64,000 nt of DNA from Armatimonadota bacterium (GCA_041690135.1 JAWLHY010000001.1:1120001-1184000); one strand, 5' to 3'; shown: positions 50,095 through 61,572, counted from the stretch's first letter. Numbers and translations are program-made. Notes: a model not told the origin generated them from the sequence alone.

Positions 50095-51489
50095 ATGTCC
50101 GGTCTCACTCCTTCACAAAACGACAGGCACGGATGTCCTGGCCCGCGGGCCTGGGGTGCTTCACGCCGGGAGGTTTTGCGGTTCGGATTGGCCGGGCTTG
50201 CTACGGTAGGTCTTCCGGATCTGCTGGATCTCCAGGCAGCCTCCGGTGGGCCAAAAGGGGTACACTCGGACCGCTCGGTGATCCTGGTTTGGTGTCACGG
50301 CGGCGCCAGTCATCTCGAAACGTATGATCCCAAGCCGGACGCACCCGTGGAGATTCGGGGCCCCTTCAGCGCCATTGAGACCACTGTCTCCGGCATCCGG
50401 GTCAGCAACTTGATGCCGCTCCAGGCGCGGATTGCGGACCGTTGGGCTGTTATCCGGTCCATCCATCACCGGGGGATCTGTCACCAGCAGGGACTGCAGA
50501 CGCTCCTGACCGGCCATGAAGAGCTCGTCCTGAAGCAGAAGCCGGATTTCCCCGATGCCTTCTGCGTGCTGGGGAAGTTGCGGGAAGGCGCGGACACGGC
50601 TCTTCCCCAGCACGTGGGAATTCCACCTCTGCCTTACGGAGGAGCGGCTTACCTCGGGCCCGGATACGAGCCTTTTGCGGTGAGCGGCGATCCCAGCCAG
50701 CCTACCTTCGAGGTCCCCGATCTCAATCTTCGCAATCCCGCTGCCCGGGAGCGGTTGGGCCGACGGGTGAAGCTACTACGCAGCGTGGATGAGGTGAGAA
50801 GGGATTTGGAAGCCGGCCTGGAGGTCAGGAGCCGTTCGCGCCAGTACGAGTCGGCGGTGGAGCTATTGACGGGGAGCCGGGCCCGGAAGGCCTTCGACAT
50901 CAGTCGAGAACCGGACGGCACGCGCGAAAGGTATGGGAAAAACCGTTGGGGACAGTCGCTCCTCCTGGCGCGGCGGCTGGCGGAAGCGGGCGTGGGAGCG
51001 ACGGTGGTTTCCCTCTTTGGGGTCGAGAACGGGATCATCGGCAACTGGGACGATCATGCCGTGAACGCCGACTGCTTCAAAGCTATGGAGCAACGCGCTC
51101 CAATCTTCGACCGGGCCGTCTCCGCGCTGATCCAGGATCTTTACGACCGAGGCCTGGATCGGAAGGTGCTGGTGATCGTCACCGGAGAATTCGGACGCAC
51201 GCCCCGAGTCAATGAGGCGGGCACGGGGCGACCGGGCCGGGATCACTGGCCCCACGCGATGTCGGTTCTCCTGGCGGGCGGGGGAATCCGGACCGGTCAG
51301 GTGATCGGCGCGACCGATCCCTGGGGCGAGTACGTGAGCGAACGGCCCCTTTCGCCGAACGACCTTCTGGCGAGCCTTTATCATCACATGCAGATCGATC
51401 CGCGACGCGAGTTCCTCGATCGCTCCGGCCGTCCCATTCCGATCCTGGATCGAACCGAACCGATTGCCGAGCTGGGACTACCCGCTTGA
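50095..51489 (+). CDS. DUF1501 domain protein (Tat-like signal)
   Basis: SRREVLRFG, GGASHLETYDPKP, LLARRLAEAGV, WDDH, GEFGRTPRVN, GRDHWP. Confidence 0.92.
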   Translation: MSGLTPSQNDRHGCPGPRAWGASRREVLRFGLAGLATVGLPDLLDLQAASGGPKGVHSDRSVILVWCHGGASHLETYDPKPDAPVEIRGPFSAIETTVSGIRVSNLMPLQARIADRWAVIRSIHHRGICHQQGLQTLLTGHEELVLKQKPDFPDAFCVLGKLREGADTALPQHVGIPPLPYGGAAYLGPGYEPFAVSGDPSQPTFEVPDLNLRNPAARERLGRRVKLLRSVDEVRRDLEAGLEVRSRSRQYESAVELLTGSRARKAFDISREPDGTRERYGKNRWGQSLLLARRLAEAGVGATVVSLFGVENGIIGNWDDHAVNADCFKAMEQRAPIFDRAVSALIQDLYDRGLDRKVLVIVTGEFGRTPRVNEAGTGRPGRDHWPHAMSVLLAGGGIRTGQVIGATDPWGEYVSERPLSPNDLLASLYHHMQIDPRREFLDRSGRPIPILDRTEPIAELGLPA

Positions 51490-51549
51490 GAGCTCTGATC
51501 ACCGGTGGCATGTGTCATCAGTGGGCGGCAACCAGCTTCGCACCTGTCT

Positions 51550-51780
51550 CAGCCAGCATGACGGAGTCCCGCTGAGAGGCGGGCCTTCGCGAGCCTGGAT
51601 ACGGAACCTGGACTGGTGAGTGGACCCGACCGCGAGCATAGCGGGCCGGTGGCGCAGTTTGTCACTATCCGAACGCCGCAGCAAGCTCCATTGCATCGGG
51701 ACCAGAAGGGAGAGCGTACAGCCCTCACAGGAATCGAGGTCAGCAGTCGCGAAGGCCGGCCTCGCAGCCGGACTCCGTCA
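51550..51780. repeat. REP doublet (REPIN/BIME-like), copy 1
   Basis: Left arm 51550-51592 and inverted right arm 51747-51780. Confidence 0.88.
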
Positions 51781-51899
51781 GGGTACGATAGTTCGTCCGT
51801 TCCGCGGGGCCGAGTTTGGGCTCAGTGGCGGACTGGCACTCCAGGTGAACTTTTGTGCTGTCGCTTCAGGTGGCTCAGTTCAGGGTTTCGCACCGGTCA

Positions 51900-52133
51900 C
51901 AGCCAGCATGACGGAGTCCCGCTGCGAGGCGGGCCTTCGCGATATGGGGTGCGGAACCTGACAGCGTTAGTGGATTGGGCTGTGAACACGCGTTTCAAAT
52001 AGTGGCGGTGTGTCACTATCCGGCTGCCGGTGCTTGCGCCCTTGGATTGGGGCCGGGAGATGTCCCGCGCCACACTTAAGGGATTCGAACCCTACTCTCG
52101 CGAAGGCCGGCCTCGCAGCCGGACTCCGTCATG
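51900..52133. repeat. REP doublet (REPIN/BIME-like), copy 2
   Basis: Left arm 51900-51942, right arm 52098-52133; 350-bp tandem period relative to copy 1. Confidence 0.88.
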
Positions 52134-52408
52134 GTGCACAGGTTCGTCCACTCCGCGGCACAGGGCTCGGGTTCATTGGCCGACCGGCTTCCCCTATGCG
52201 CGTACACGTGTGCCGCTTCAGGTGAATTCGCCAACGGTGCTTGCGCTTGTCACAGCCGGATTCCGTCAAGGTGCAGATCCTTGCCTGGTCACCATGAGGA
52301 GATTGGTGTCAGCGGGTTTGCGCCTGTGGGTCTGCTTTGGGAGGTGGTGGGTACGTGTCCTGCCGAACAGACTTGCGCAAAGCAGCCCTGTAAACGTGGA
52401 GGGGCACG

Positions 52409-52969
52409 GTGCCTCGAAGAACCCCGCTGGAACCCTGGACGCCGAAGCGGCGACACCGCCCGCCGCACGCCTACGACGCGGGCAAAGCGATTTTCATCAC
52501 GGGGTCAACCGTGAACCGGCTACCGCATTTGCGCGCCAAACCGCGCAAGGACGGGTTCCTCGCGTTATTGGGAGAGTGCTGTGAGAAGTTCACGGTGGAC
52601 CTGCTGGCGTGGGTGGTGCTCGACCAGCACTATCACGTAGTCATTCACCCGCAGGCGCCGGAGAGCGTTTCCGCCTGGCTCAATGCCCTCCACTCCGTCG
52701 CCAGTCTCAACTGGAACCAGGAAGACGGTACGCCGGGTCGCCAATGCCTTTACCAGTCATGGGACTCCACGCTCTGGACCGAGGGCGACCTCTGGAGCCG
52801 GATCAACTACACCCATCTCAACCCGGTGAAGCATGGCTATGTGGCGGACCCCCGGGAATGGGAGTGGAGTAGCCTGCGAGAGTTCGATGCGGTGTGGCAG
52901 GACGATGAGGCGTGCCAGGCGCGTGAACGCTTTCCCGCGCCCCGCAAGCTCCCGCACGATGATTTCTGA
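52409..52969 (+). mobile_element. REP-associated tyrosine transposase (RAYT, Y1 HUH family)
   Basis: FITGST, AWVVLDQHYH (HUH), YQSWD, INYTHLNPVKHG (catalytic Tyr), WEWSS; flanked on both sides by REP doublets; GGAGG RBS before GTG. Confidence 0.9.
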
Positions 52970-53045
52970 CGAGCCCTGCCAGGAAACCGCGATCGGATGC
53001 TCTACGGTTCCGCCGGCAGATTGTGATGGAATCTGCGTCCGGATT

Positions 53046-53280
53046 AGCCAGCATGACGGAGTCCCGCTGGGAGGCGGGCCTTCGCGCGATTGGACACGGA
53101 ACCTGACGTGGTGAGCGGACCCAGCCGCGCGACCGGATGGTAGCTGTTCCGGCGTGTTGACATCCGAGCGCCGGTGCATGCTCCATTGCATTGGGCCCAG
53201 AAGGGTGTGCGTACAGCCCTCACGGGAATCGAGGTCTGAAGTCGCGAAGGCCGGCCTCACAGCCGGACTCCATCAAGCTG
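53046..53280. repeat. REP doublet (REPIN/BIME-like), copy 3
   Basis: Left arm 53046-53086, right arm 53242-53280; spacer visibly homologous to that of copy 1. Confidence 0.88.
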
Positions 53281-53391
53281 CATGGGCCGATCTGGGTGGC
53301 CCGGCGGGATCTAACTCGTGAGGCTTGGAACGGAGGGGCGCCCCGATTCTTGGGGCGCCCGCGTGTTGTGGTTGGGGAGCTTGGAAGTCGG

Positions 53392-55059
53392 TTAGCTCAA
53401 GCCCAGGATGCGGCCGTCGGGGCCCAGGTCCATGTCTTCGGAGGCGGGGCGGCGCGGGAGGCCGGGCATGGTGAGCAGTGTGCCGGAGTAGGCCACCACG
53501 AAGCCGGCGCCGGCCGAGAGTTTTACGTCGCGGATCGTGAGGGTGTGGCCTTCCGGCGCTCCGCGGAGCGAAGGGGTATCGGAGAAAGAATATTGGGTCT
53601 TGGCGATGCAGACCGGGAGATGTCCGTAACCCCGTTCCTGGAGATACGCCAGGCGCGCCACCGCCGCGGGCTGGAACACGGCCCGTTCGGCGCGGTAGAT
53701 CTCGCGGGCGATGGTCTCGATCTTCTCCCGCAGAGGAGCTTCGTCCGGGTAGAGCGTGCGGAAGTCTGCCGGCTCCTCAAGGGTTTTGAGGACGAGACGC
53801 GCCAGCTCTTCGGCGCCCTGGCCGCCCTGTCCCCACACGTCCGCGAAGGCGACAGGCAGGCCGTGTTCCACGCAGAGGCGGCGCAGCGCGTCCGTCTCCG
53901 CCGGCGTGTCAGCGGTGAAGTGGTTGATCGCCACCACCACGGGCAGACCGAACTTGCGCAGGTTCTCCGCATGGCGCAGCAAGTTGCAGAACCCGGCGCG
54001 CACGGCTCCGACATTCTCCACGCCCAGGTCGGCGAGCGCCACGCCTCCGTGCATCTTCAGGGCACGGACCGTCGCCACCAGGACAGCGGCGTCCGGTGCC
54101 AGGCCGGCCTGACGCATCTTGATGTTCAGGAACTTCTCCGCACCGAGGTCGGCTCCGAATCCGGCCTCGGTCACGCAGATTTCGCCCAACTTGAGCGCCA
54201 TGCGGGTGGCGAGCACCGAGTTGCAGCCGTGCGCGATGTTGGCGAACGGCCCGCCGTGAACGATGACGGGGGTGCCTTCCAGCGTTTGCACCAGGTTCGG
54301 CTTGAGGGCGTCCCGGAGGAGCACCGTCATGGCGCCGACCACGTTCAGTTGGCCAGCGGTGACCGGCTCATTGTTGCGGTCCGTCCCGATGACGATGCGC
54401 GCCAGGCGGGCATGGAGGTCTTCCACCGACTGGGCCAGACAGAGAACCGCCATCACTTCGGAAGCCGCGGTAATCTCGAATCCGGTCTCCCGCGGCACCC
54501 CTTCCGTTCGGCCGCCCAACCCGGTCACGAGGTCGCGGAGGGCGCGGTCATTGATATCGAGGCACCGCTTCCAGGTGAGGGTCCGGGAATCGAGGTTGAG
54601 ACCGCCTCCCCAGTGCAACTGGTTATCGATAACGGCGGCGAGGAGGTTGTTGGCCGAGGTAATGGCGTGGAGGTCGCCGTTGAAATGGAGATTGATGTCC
54701 TCCATCGGCAGCAGTTGCGCGCGCCCTCCTCCCGTGGCGCCGCCTTTCATGCCGAACACCGGACCCAGTGAGGGCTCCCGCAGGGCCGCAACGCAGCGGG
54801 CCCCCACTCGCCACATCCCCTGGGCCAGCCCGATGGTCATCGTGGTCTTCCCCTCCCCCGCGGGCGTGGGGGTAATCGCGGAGACGAGTACCAGCTTACC
54901 GTTCGGCCGGCTCTCCAGGCGTTCGAGCGTGGAGAGACAGATCTTGGCCTTATGGCGGCCGTAATACTCGATCTCATCCTGGTGGAGGCCGACGTCGACC
55001 GCTATATCCGAGATCGGTCGGGGAGTTACACTCTGCGCTATTTCGAGACTGCTGGGCAT
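53392..55059 (-). CDS. fhs: Formate--tetrahydrofolate ligase
   Basis: TPTPAGEGKTT, KGGATGGG, HGGPFANIAHG, TEAGFGADLGAEKF, AKTQYSFSD, TMPGLP. Confidence 0.98.
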   Translation of the reverse strand: MPSSLEIAQSVTPRPISDIAVDVGLHQDEIEYYGRHKAKICLSTLERLESRPNGKLVLVSAITPTPAGEGKTTMTIGLAQGMWRVGARCVAALREPSLGPVFGMKGGATGGGRAQLLPMEDINLHFNGDLHAITSANNLLAAVIDNQLHWGGGLNLDSRTLTWKRCLDINDRALRDLVTGLGGRTEGVPRETGFEITAASEVMAVLCLAQSVEDLHARLARIVIGTDRNNEPVTAGQLNVVGAMTVLLRDALKPNLVQTLEGTPVIVHGGPFANIAHGCNSVLATRMALKLGEICVTEAGFGADLGAEKFLNIKMRQAGLAPDAAVLVATVRALKMHGGVALADLGVENVGAVRAGFCNLLRHAENLRKFGLPVVVAINHFTADTPAETDALRRLCVEHGLPVAFADVWGQGGQGAEELARLVLKTLEEPADFRTLYPDEAPLREKIETIAREIYRAERAVFQPAAVARLAYLQERGYGHLPVCIAKTQYSFSDTPSLRGAPEGHTLTIRDVKLSAGAGFVVAYSGTLLTMPGLPRRPASEDMDLGPDGRILGLS

Positions 55060-55468
55060 GGGGTATGGATTCCGACTACAACCATGAGGATCTGGACTGC
55101 CGTAGAGAACTGCCGCGCGCGAACTCTCCGTGCCGTGTCACCCGAACGCGGGCGTCGCGCGCGCGAGCCGGAGGGTGCACTGCGGCAAGTCCGCATATCG
55201 TCCAAGCAATCTTGTTCTGCCGATGGCCGTTATCCTGCCGGAGAGATCGTCGGCCTCGGTTCAAGCCTTGGGGTAGGTCTGTTTTCAAACCGTGGTGCTG
55301 TGGTAAGTACGAACGTAGGCGCATTCGAGGTTCCGTTCGCGAGCGGATAGGTGACAGATGCCCCGCGGATCGGTCACAATGACTCAACAGGGAACCCCCT
55401 ACGGGCCTGCAGACTCGTATTAGTAAGTGCCGGGATCTTTTGCGCGCTCCCAAGTGGTGGTTTGCCGG

Positions 55469-56137
55469 ATGATGCGACGTTTGTTCTCCCTCGTTCAGGA
55501 GCCTTGCTCCGAACCGTGCCTTTCTCGCCGCACGCTGTGCGGCCGGGGAATTGCCGTGGTTCTTGGAGTATGTGGAGCCGGCGCGGCCAGGCCTTCCGCC
55601 GCTCAGCGCGATGGAGAACGCCCTCGCCGTGACGGGGGCCGCCCGGGGCCTTTGCCTGCCAGACTGGCTCGTGAATATGCGGTCAAAGCCAACTACCTGG
55701 CCAATTTCGCGCGTTTCGTTGACTGGCCGGAAGAAGTTTTTCCCAGGAACGATTCACCGATCGTCATCGGGGTCTACGGTACTCCGCAGTTCGTGGACTT
55801 CCTCGGTGAGCGAGTGCAGCGGCGGATGGTCAACGGACGATCCATCCTGTTGCGTCACATCCGGAAGGTCGACGACACCAAGGATTGTCACATCCTCTTT
55901 TTCAACGGCCGTGCCTGGCCTCATACCCGGCGCGTTGTCGACCACCTGAAGGAAGCGCCGGTCCTCACCGTGGGCGAGACTCCCGGCTTCACCCAGCAGG
56001 GCGGCATCGTGAACTTTGTCACCGGCGACGATAAGATCTGCCTGGAAGTGAACCAGGACGCCGCAAAGCGGGCCGGTCTCGCCATCAGCCCCAAGATGCT
56101 GGCCTACTGCACCCTCATCCGAGAAGACGAAAAGTAG
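55469..56137 (+). CDS. YfiR-family (DUF4154) periplasmic regulator
   Basis: [58 protein letters not shown]. Confidence 0.88.
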   Translation: MMRRLFSLVQEPCSEPCLSRRTLCGRGIAVVLGVCGAGAARPSAAQRDGERPRRDGGRPGPLPARLAREYAVKANYLANFARFVDWPEEVFPRNDSPIVIGVYGTPQFVDFLGERVQRRMVNGRSILLRHIRKVDDTKDCHILFFNGRAWPHTRRVVDHLKEAPVLTVGETPGFTQQGGIVNFVTGDDKICLEVNQDAAKRAGLAISPKMLAYCTLIREDEK

Positions 56138-56138
56138 C

Positions 56139-59009
56139 ATGCTTACGGGATCCGCCTTCCGCAAGCTCACGATCCGGCGGAAGCTGATCCTCATCACGAT
56201 GCTGATCAGCACGCTGGTGCTGACGTTCGCCTCGGTCGGAGTCGGTCTTTACGATCTTGCCGATTTCCGTCGCATGATGGCTTACGACCTGGATTCGCTC
56301 GCCGGCGTCGTGGCGGCGAACAGCTCCGTGGCCGTCACTTTTCAGGACGAAGCTTTCGCGAAGGAGGTGCTCGGTTCTCTCCAGGCGCGACCTCACGTTC
56401 TTTCGGCAGCCCTCTACACTCATGATGGCCGCCTTCTGGCTACCTACACCCGTCCCGGCGGCGGTACTCCGCCCGTTCCTCGACAGCCCGGTAACCTGGG
56501 GGTGCGGTTTGTCGAGGGGGATCCGGTCGTCTTCACTCCGGTGGTGCAAAAAGGGGAAACGGTCGGGACCATTTACATCCGGTCGGACCTGCAGCCCTAT
56601 CGCGCCCGCCTCCGGCGTTACACGATTGTGGTCAGTGGCTTTTTGCTGCTGGCGGCGGCTCTTGCCTACCTCCTCGCCTCCCGGTTGCTGCGTGTGGTGT
56701 CGGACCCGATCCTGCATCTCGCGCGAGCCATGCGGCGCGTCTCCACCGAGTCGAATTACAAGATCCGGGCCCACAAGTTTTACGACGATGAGCTCGGCAC
56801 GCTGATCGACGGCTTCAACGGGATGGTCGCCGGAATCCAGGAACGCGACGCGCAACTGCACCAGGCCAATGAGACGCTGGAGCAACGCGTCCGGGAGCGG
56901 ACCCAGGAATTGGAGCAAGAGATTGCGGAGCGCCGGCGGGCCGAGATAGAACTGCAGGCCGCGAATGAAGCGGCCGTAGCCGCCACCCAGGCGAAGAGCG
57001 AATTCCTGGCGACGATGAGCCACGAGATCCGTACGCCGATGAACGCCGTCATCGGCATGACGGGGCTGCTGCTGGACACCCGTCTTTCCCGGGAACAGCA
57101 GGAATTCGTGCGCATCATTCGGGATAGCGGTGATAATCTCCTGGCGATCATCAACGATATCCTCGACTTTTCCAAGATCGAGGCGGGCCAGCTCGACCTG
57201 GAGCGTCAGCCGTTCGAACTGCGCGAGTGCGTCGAATCGTCGTTGGATCTGCTGACTTCCCGCGCGGCCGAGAAGGGGCTCGACCTGGGCTACCTGATCG
57301 ATCCCCGGGTCCCGCGGACCATTCTGGGCGACGTGACCCGGCTGCGCGAGATCCTGGTCAACCTCATCAGCAATGCCGTCAAGTTCACCGACCGCGGCGA
57401 GGTGGTGATTTCGGTAACCTGCTGCACGATGGCGGCCCGAAAGCGGGAGCTGCATTTCGCGGTGCGCGATACCGGGATCGGGATCCCTCCGGACCGGATG
57501 GACCGCCTCTTCCAATCGTTCAGCCAGATCGATGCCTCCACTACCCGCCGCTACGGCGGCACCGGCCTGGGCCTCGCCATCAGCCGCCGGCTGGCCGAAA
57601 TGATGGGCGGCACGATGTGGGTGGAGAGTGAGGTAGGCAAGGGCTCCACCTTCCACTTCACCATCGAAACGGAAGAAGCCCCGCACGAAAGCGCGCTTGA
57701 TCTCCAGGCGGAACAACCCCATTTGTCGGGGCGCTCCATGCTGATCGTGGACGATAACGCCACGAACCGCAAGATCCTCTCGATGCAGGCCGAGTCGTGG
57801 GGAATGGTTCCCCGGACCACCGCGTCTCCGGAAGAGGCGCTGCGGTGGGTGCAGGATGCCGAGGCGTTCGACATTGCGGTCCTCGACATCCACATGCCGG
57901 TGATGGACGGGGTCATGTTGGCTAACGAGATCCGGCACTACCGCTCTCCGGAGCAATTGCCGCTGGTGGCCCTGAGCTCCCTGGGCCGCCGGGAACTGGA
58001 GACGCCGTCGACGCCGTTCCAGGCGTTCCTGACCAAGCCGATCAAGCAGTCGTCGCTCTACAACGTCCTCGTGGGCGTGCTTACGGGCGAACCGGTTCCA
58101 GACCAGGCGCTCGAGACAGTCCCGCAGTTCGATCCCACGCTCGGACAGCGGTTCCCGCTGCGGATTCTGCTGGCCGAAGACATGGCGGTGAACCAGAAGC
58201 TGATGACGACGATGCTGGGCCGCATGGGCTACCGGGCCGACGTGGCGGCTAACGGGCTGGAGGTGCTGGATGCCCTGCGACGCCAGCGTTATGACGTCGT
58301 CTTGATGGACGTGCAGATGCCGGAGATGGACGGCCTGGAAGCCTCGCGGTGCATCCACCGGGAGTGGTCCGGGGTCGAACGCCCGCGGATCGTGGCCCTG
58401 ACCGCCAACGCCTTGAAGGAGGACCGTGCTGCCTGTGTGGCGGCGGGAATGGACGAGTACCTGAGCAAGCCTGTGCAAGTGGATGATCTGCAAGAGGCAC
58501 TCCGCCGCTGCGGGGAATGGGTGGCGGAGCAGCGACCCCGGCCGGAGGTGGACGGGACGGGAGAAAACCCGGAGCTTGAAGAGGAGTCTTCCAGCCCCAC
58601 CGGGTTCCCAACTGAGGACCCGGTGCTTCGGCTCGCGGAAGCGCCGGATCATGCAGTGGATGACCTCATCGACGCCGGGACGCTGGCGAGCCTGCGGCAG
58701 ATGCGGGACGCCGGCTCTCCGGACATGATCGGTGAACTGCTCGCGCTGTTCCGTGCCGACGCGGAGCCGCTTCTGGTGAAGATGCGAGACGCGGTAGAAG
58801 ATGGGGACGCCGAGGCCCTGCGGCACGCGGCGCACGGGCTAAAGGGGGCTGCCGCCAATCTCGGGGCGCGATGCCTGGCGGATCTTTGCTACCGACTGGA
58901 GAAGATCGGGCGCGAGGGAACTACTGCCGGCGCCGGTGAACTGGTACCAGAAGTAGAGCCGCTCTATCGCCGGGTCTGCGCGGCCCTGGAGCAGGAAAGC
59001 AAATCATGA
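56139..59009 (+). CDS. Hybrid sensor kinase: periplasmic (CHASE8-like) sensor, HAMP, HisKA, HATPase, two REC and HPt domains
   Basis: Two TMs, [37 protein letters not shown], two receiver domains, AHGLKGAA HPt. Confidence 0.93.
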   Translation: MLTGSAFRKLTIRRKLILITMLISTLVLTFASVGVGLYDLADFRRMMAYDLDSLAGVVAANSSVAVTFQDEAFAKEVLGSLQARPHVLSAALYTHDGRLLATYTRPGGGTPPVPRQPGNLGVRFVEGDPVVFTPVVQKGETVGTIYIRSDLQPYRARLRRYTIVVSGFLLLAAALAYLLASRLLRVVSDPILHLARAMRRVSTESNYKIRAHKFYDDELGTLIDGFNGMVAGIQERDAQLHQANETLEQRVRERTQELEQEIAERRRAEIELQAANEAAVAATQAKSEFLATMSHEIRTPMNAVIGMTGLLLDTRLSREQQEFVRIIRDSGDNLLAIINDILDFSKIEAGQLDLERQPFELRECVESSLDLLTSRAAEKGLDLGYLIDPRVPRTILGDVTRLREILVNLISNAVKFTDRGEVVISVTCCTMAARKRELHFAVRDTGIGIPPDRMDRLFQSFSQIDASTTRRYGGTGLGLAISRRLAEMMGGTMWVESEVGKGSTFHFTIETEEAPHESALDLQAEQPHLSGRSMLIVDDNATNRKILSMQAESWGMVPRTTASPEEALRWVQDAEAFDIAVLDIHMPVMDGVMLANEIRHYRSPEQLPLVALSSLGRRELETPSTPFQAFLTKPIKQSSLYNVLVGVLTGEPVPDQALETVPQFDPTLGQRFPLRILLAEDMAVNQKLMTTMLGRMGYRADVAANGLEVLDALRRQRYDVVLMDVQMPEMDGLEASRCIHREWSGVERPRIVALTANALKEDRAACVAAGMDEYLSKPVQVDDLQEALRRCGEWVAEQRPRPEVDGTGENPELEEESSSPTGFPTEDPVLRLAEAPDHAVDDLIDAGTLASLRQMRDAGSPDMIGELLALFRADAEPLLVKMRDAVEDGDAEALRHAAHGLKGAAANLGARCLADLCYRLEKIGREGTTAGAGELVPEVEPLYRRVCAALEQESKS

Positions 59010-60196
59010 TCGCTACGGAAGAACGGATTCCCAGCGAAACGGACCCCTCGGCGCCGCCCCAGGCCATGTCCGTGCTCGTGGTCGATGACATGAGCACGCT
59101 GCGCTTTATCCTCTCCCAGCACGTGCGGCAGTTGGGGCATCGCGCCTCGCAGGCGGCCAACGGTGTGGAAGCCCTGGATCTGCTGCGGTCCGAGGCGTTC
59201 GACCTGGTGCTGCTGGATGTGATGATGCCGGAGATGGACGGGCACGCCGTGTTGGCCGAGATGAAGGGAGACCTGGCGCTGCGGGAGATCCCCGTTATCG
59301 TCGTTTCCGGAGTGGACGATCTCGACAGCGTGGTCCGGTGCATCGAGGGCGGCGCGGAAGATTACCTCTACAAGCCGGTGAACCCCACGCTGCTGCGCGC
59401 GCGGGTCAACGCCTGCCTGAGACAGAAGCGGTGGCGCGACGAGGAACTGCGCCTCCAGGCCCAATTGCGGGAGAACTACGAGCGTCTCCAGGAGTTGGAG
59501 ACGCTCCGGGACAGCCTGACGCATATGGTGGTCCACGATCTCCGCACGCCGCTCACCTCGCTCTTGTCAGGGGTTTATACTCTGGAAACCCTCGGTGAAT
59601 TGAACGAGCACCAGCGTGAGTTCTGGCAGATGGCGGTAACCGGCGGCGAGACCCTCCTCGGCATGATCAACGACCTGCTCGACATCAACAAGATGGAGGA
59701 CGGGTCGATGCAACTCGGTTACAGCAACCCTACGCCGGAGGTGCTGGTGGAGCGAGCCCTGATGCAGGTCGGCGAGCTCGTCCGGGAGAAGGGCCTCACG
59801 GTGCGGCGGGAGATCGCGCCCCGCTTCCCCATCCTGACCGCCGATGAAGATAAGGTCCGTCGAGTCCTCGTGAACCTGCTGGGCAACGCGGTGAAATTCA
59901 CCCCGCATGGTGGTACCATCACCGTTTCCGCGCGGATGGACGGGGACGCGCGGGTGCTTTTCGCCGTAAGCGATACCGGAGAGGGCATACCGCAGGAAGC
60001 TTTTGGGAAGATCTTTGAGAAGTTCGGCCAGGTGGAAGACCGCAAAGCGGGCCGCAAGAGCTCCACGGGGCTTGGGCTGACCTTCTGCAAGATGGCGGTG
60101 GAGGCCCACGGCGGGCGCATCTGGGTGGAGAGCGAGCTCCACCAGGGCAGTACCTTCTATTTCACGCTGCCGGTCGCGCCGGGCCGTCTGGGTTAG
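59006..60196 (+). CDS. REC-HisKA-HATPase hybrid kinase
   Basis: VLVVDD/LLDVMMP receiver, VHDLRTPL H-box, NAVKFTP, TGLGL. Confidence 0.93.
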   Translation: MIATEERIPSETDPSAPPQAMSVLVVDDMSTLRFILSQHVRQLGHRASQAANGVEALDLLRSEAFDLVLLDVMMPEMDGHAVLAEMKGDLALREIPVIVVSGVDDLDSVVRCIEGGAEDYLYKPVNPTLLRARVNACLRQKRWRDEELRLQAQLRENYERLQELETLRDSLTHMVVHDLRTPLTSLLSGVYTLETLGELNEHQREFWQMAVTGGETLLGMINDLLDINKMEDGSMQLGYSNPTPEVLVERALMQVGELVREKGLTVRREIAPRFPILTADEDKVRRVLVNLLGNAVKFTPHGGTITVSARMDGDARVLFAVSDTGEGIPQEAFGKIFEKFGQVEDRKAGRKSSTGLGLTFCKMAVEAHGGRIWVESELHQGSTFYFTLPVAPGRLG

Positions 60197-61572
60197 GGCG
60201 GCGGGACGGCGACCGTGAACGCGTAGATGGGGCGCTGGTCCCGATCGCGCAGGCTGGGGATCGGGTTGGCGCCGTAGTGGGCGTGGACCGTGACCCCGCC
60301 GCCGGGTCCCCGTCCCAGGCGCAGGTCCACCCAGCCACGGTCATCGACTTCGATGGCGGTCAACTCGACCGAACCCATCGCATCCTCCACCCGGAAGTCC
60401 TCGATCGGTCCTACCTTCACCCACCCCGCCGCGGGAGGCTCGAAGTGCAGCCGCAGGGCCGGCGAGGGCTGCATGATCCACTCCGTCCGCACCAGGTGGA
60501 TTCCCGGCGGAAGGGCGCGCCCCGAAGTTGAGGCGAGGACGGCATCCGCGAACCGCTGCCCCAGCATTACGTTGGCCGCCGCGGAGAGGTGGATCTCGTC
60601 GCTCATGAGAAGATCCACCCCCGTGACCAGCGCCACCTGCGGAAGCTGGAGCGCCGCCTGCCGCTGCGCCTCCCGGATCGCGCTCCAGCTTCGGTGCTTT
60701 TGCTGGTCCTGTCCGGCATCCGTGTAGCGCCCGAGCTGTCCGGTGATGATGGGGAGCTGCGGCTCACCCAGGTCGCGGCGGACTCCGGCCACAAAACGGC
60801 CGAACCGCTCCAGGTAGTCTTTGCTGCCCTGGGGATTGGCGTCGCTCTCTCCCTGATACCAGGCGATGCCCCGGACCCGGCCGCCCGCCTTCCGCACCAT
60901 GTCGAGCATGTTGTTGTACAGGTCCGCGCCCGGGTCCCAGCGACGCAGCGGCGAGCCTCCCAGCGCGGTGGGAATGAGGCCGATGGGATAGCCCTGGTCG
61001 GCGAGCAGGCGCCGACCGAAGGAGATCCAGGGCGAATGGGCCTGGAAGACGCCGTGAACCGTGATGGGATGGAGCGTGTGGGTGGCGTCTTCCAACGGAT
61101 GGGTGGCCAGCTTCCACTGCTCATCGTTGCCGAAGAGGTGCACGCCGAGCGCCGGCGGGTCTTCCACGTAACCGGTGCCCGTTCCGGAAGCGTTACTTTG
61201 CCCCGCGATCACCCACAGGTCCCCCACCCCCAGGTGATGGATGTAGTCCCCACGCATCGGGCGGATGTCCGGGCACTTCGTTCGCCACACCCGAGTCTCG
61301 ACGCGGTAGAGCCCTCCGACCGGAATGCCCCTCAATTCAAGCCGCCAGCGCTGATCCGGCAGCAGTTCCGCCGCTCGCCAATCCGTGTCACGGCTGACCG
61401 GCCGGCCGTCATTCTCCCGGACCACTCGCGCTTCCACCCGGAACTCGGGAGCATTGGTCCGGTAGACCCCGGCCAGCCTCACGAAGGCTTTGCCTTCACG
61501 GTCTTGCTGGAGCACCTGCCAGTCGCGGGGGCCTTCCTGGATGCTGACACCCGGGAGAGGGGGTTCTATCAT
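60193..61572 (-). CDS. Sialate O-acetylesterase (SASA / SGNH) domain protein
   Basis: GDLWVIAGQSNA, WYQGESDA, DEIH catalytic motif. Confidence 0.88.
   Translation of the reverse strand: MIEPPLPGVSIQEGPRDWQVLQQDREGKAFVRLAGVYRTNAPEFRVEARVVRENDGRPVSRDTDWRAAELLPDQRWRLELRGIPVGGLYRVETRVWRTKCPDIRPMRGDYIHHLGVGDLWVIAGQSNASGTGTGYVEDPPALGVHLFGNDEQWKLATHPLEDATHTLHPITVHGVFQAHSPWISFGRRLLADQGYPIGLIPTALGGSPLRRWDPGADLYNNMLDMVRKAGGRVRGIAWYQGESDANPQGSKDYLERFGRFVAGVRRDLGEPQLPIITGQLGRYTDAGQDQQKHRSWSAIREAQRQAALQLPQVALVTGVDLLMSDEIHLSAAANVMLGQRFADAVLASTSGRALPPGIHLVRTEWIMQPSPALRLHFEPPAAGWVKVGPIEDFRVEDAMGSVELTAIEVDDRGWVDLRLGRGPGGGVTVHAHYGANPIPSLRDRDQRPIYAFTVAVPPP

Noticed and set aside
51550-53280. Repeats as a CRISPR array or as IS terminal inverted repeats
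   Set aside because: The arms alternate in orientation with homologous ~155-bp spacers and flank a Y1 HUH protein, which fits REP/RAYT.
55060-55460. THF or ZTP riboswitch upstream of fhs
   Set aside because: The conserved ZTP (GACTGGCG...GCCTGGGC) and THF signatures were not found on the minus strand.
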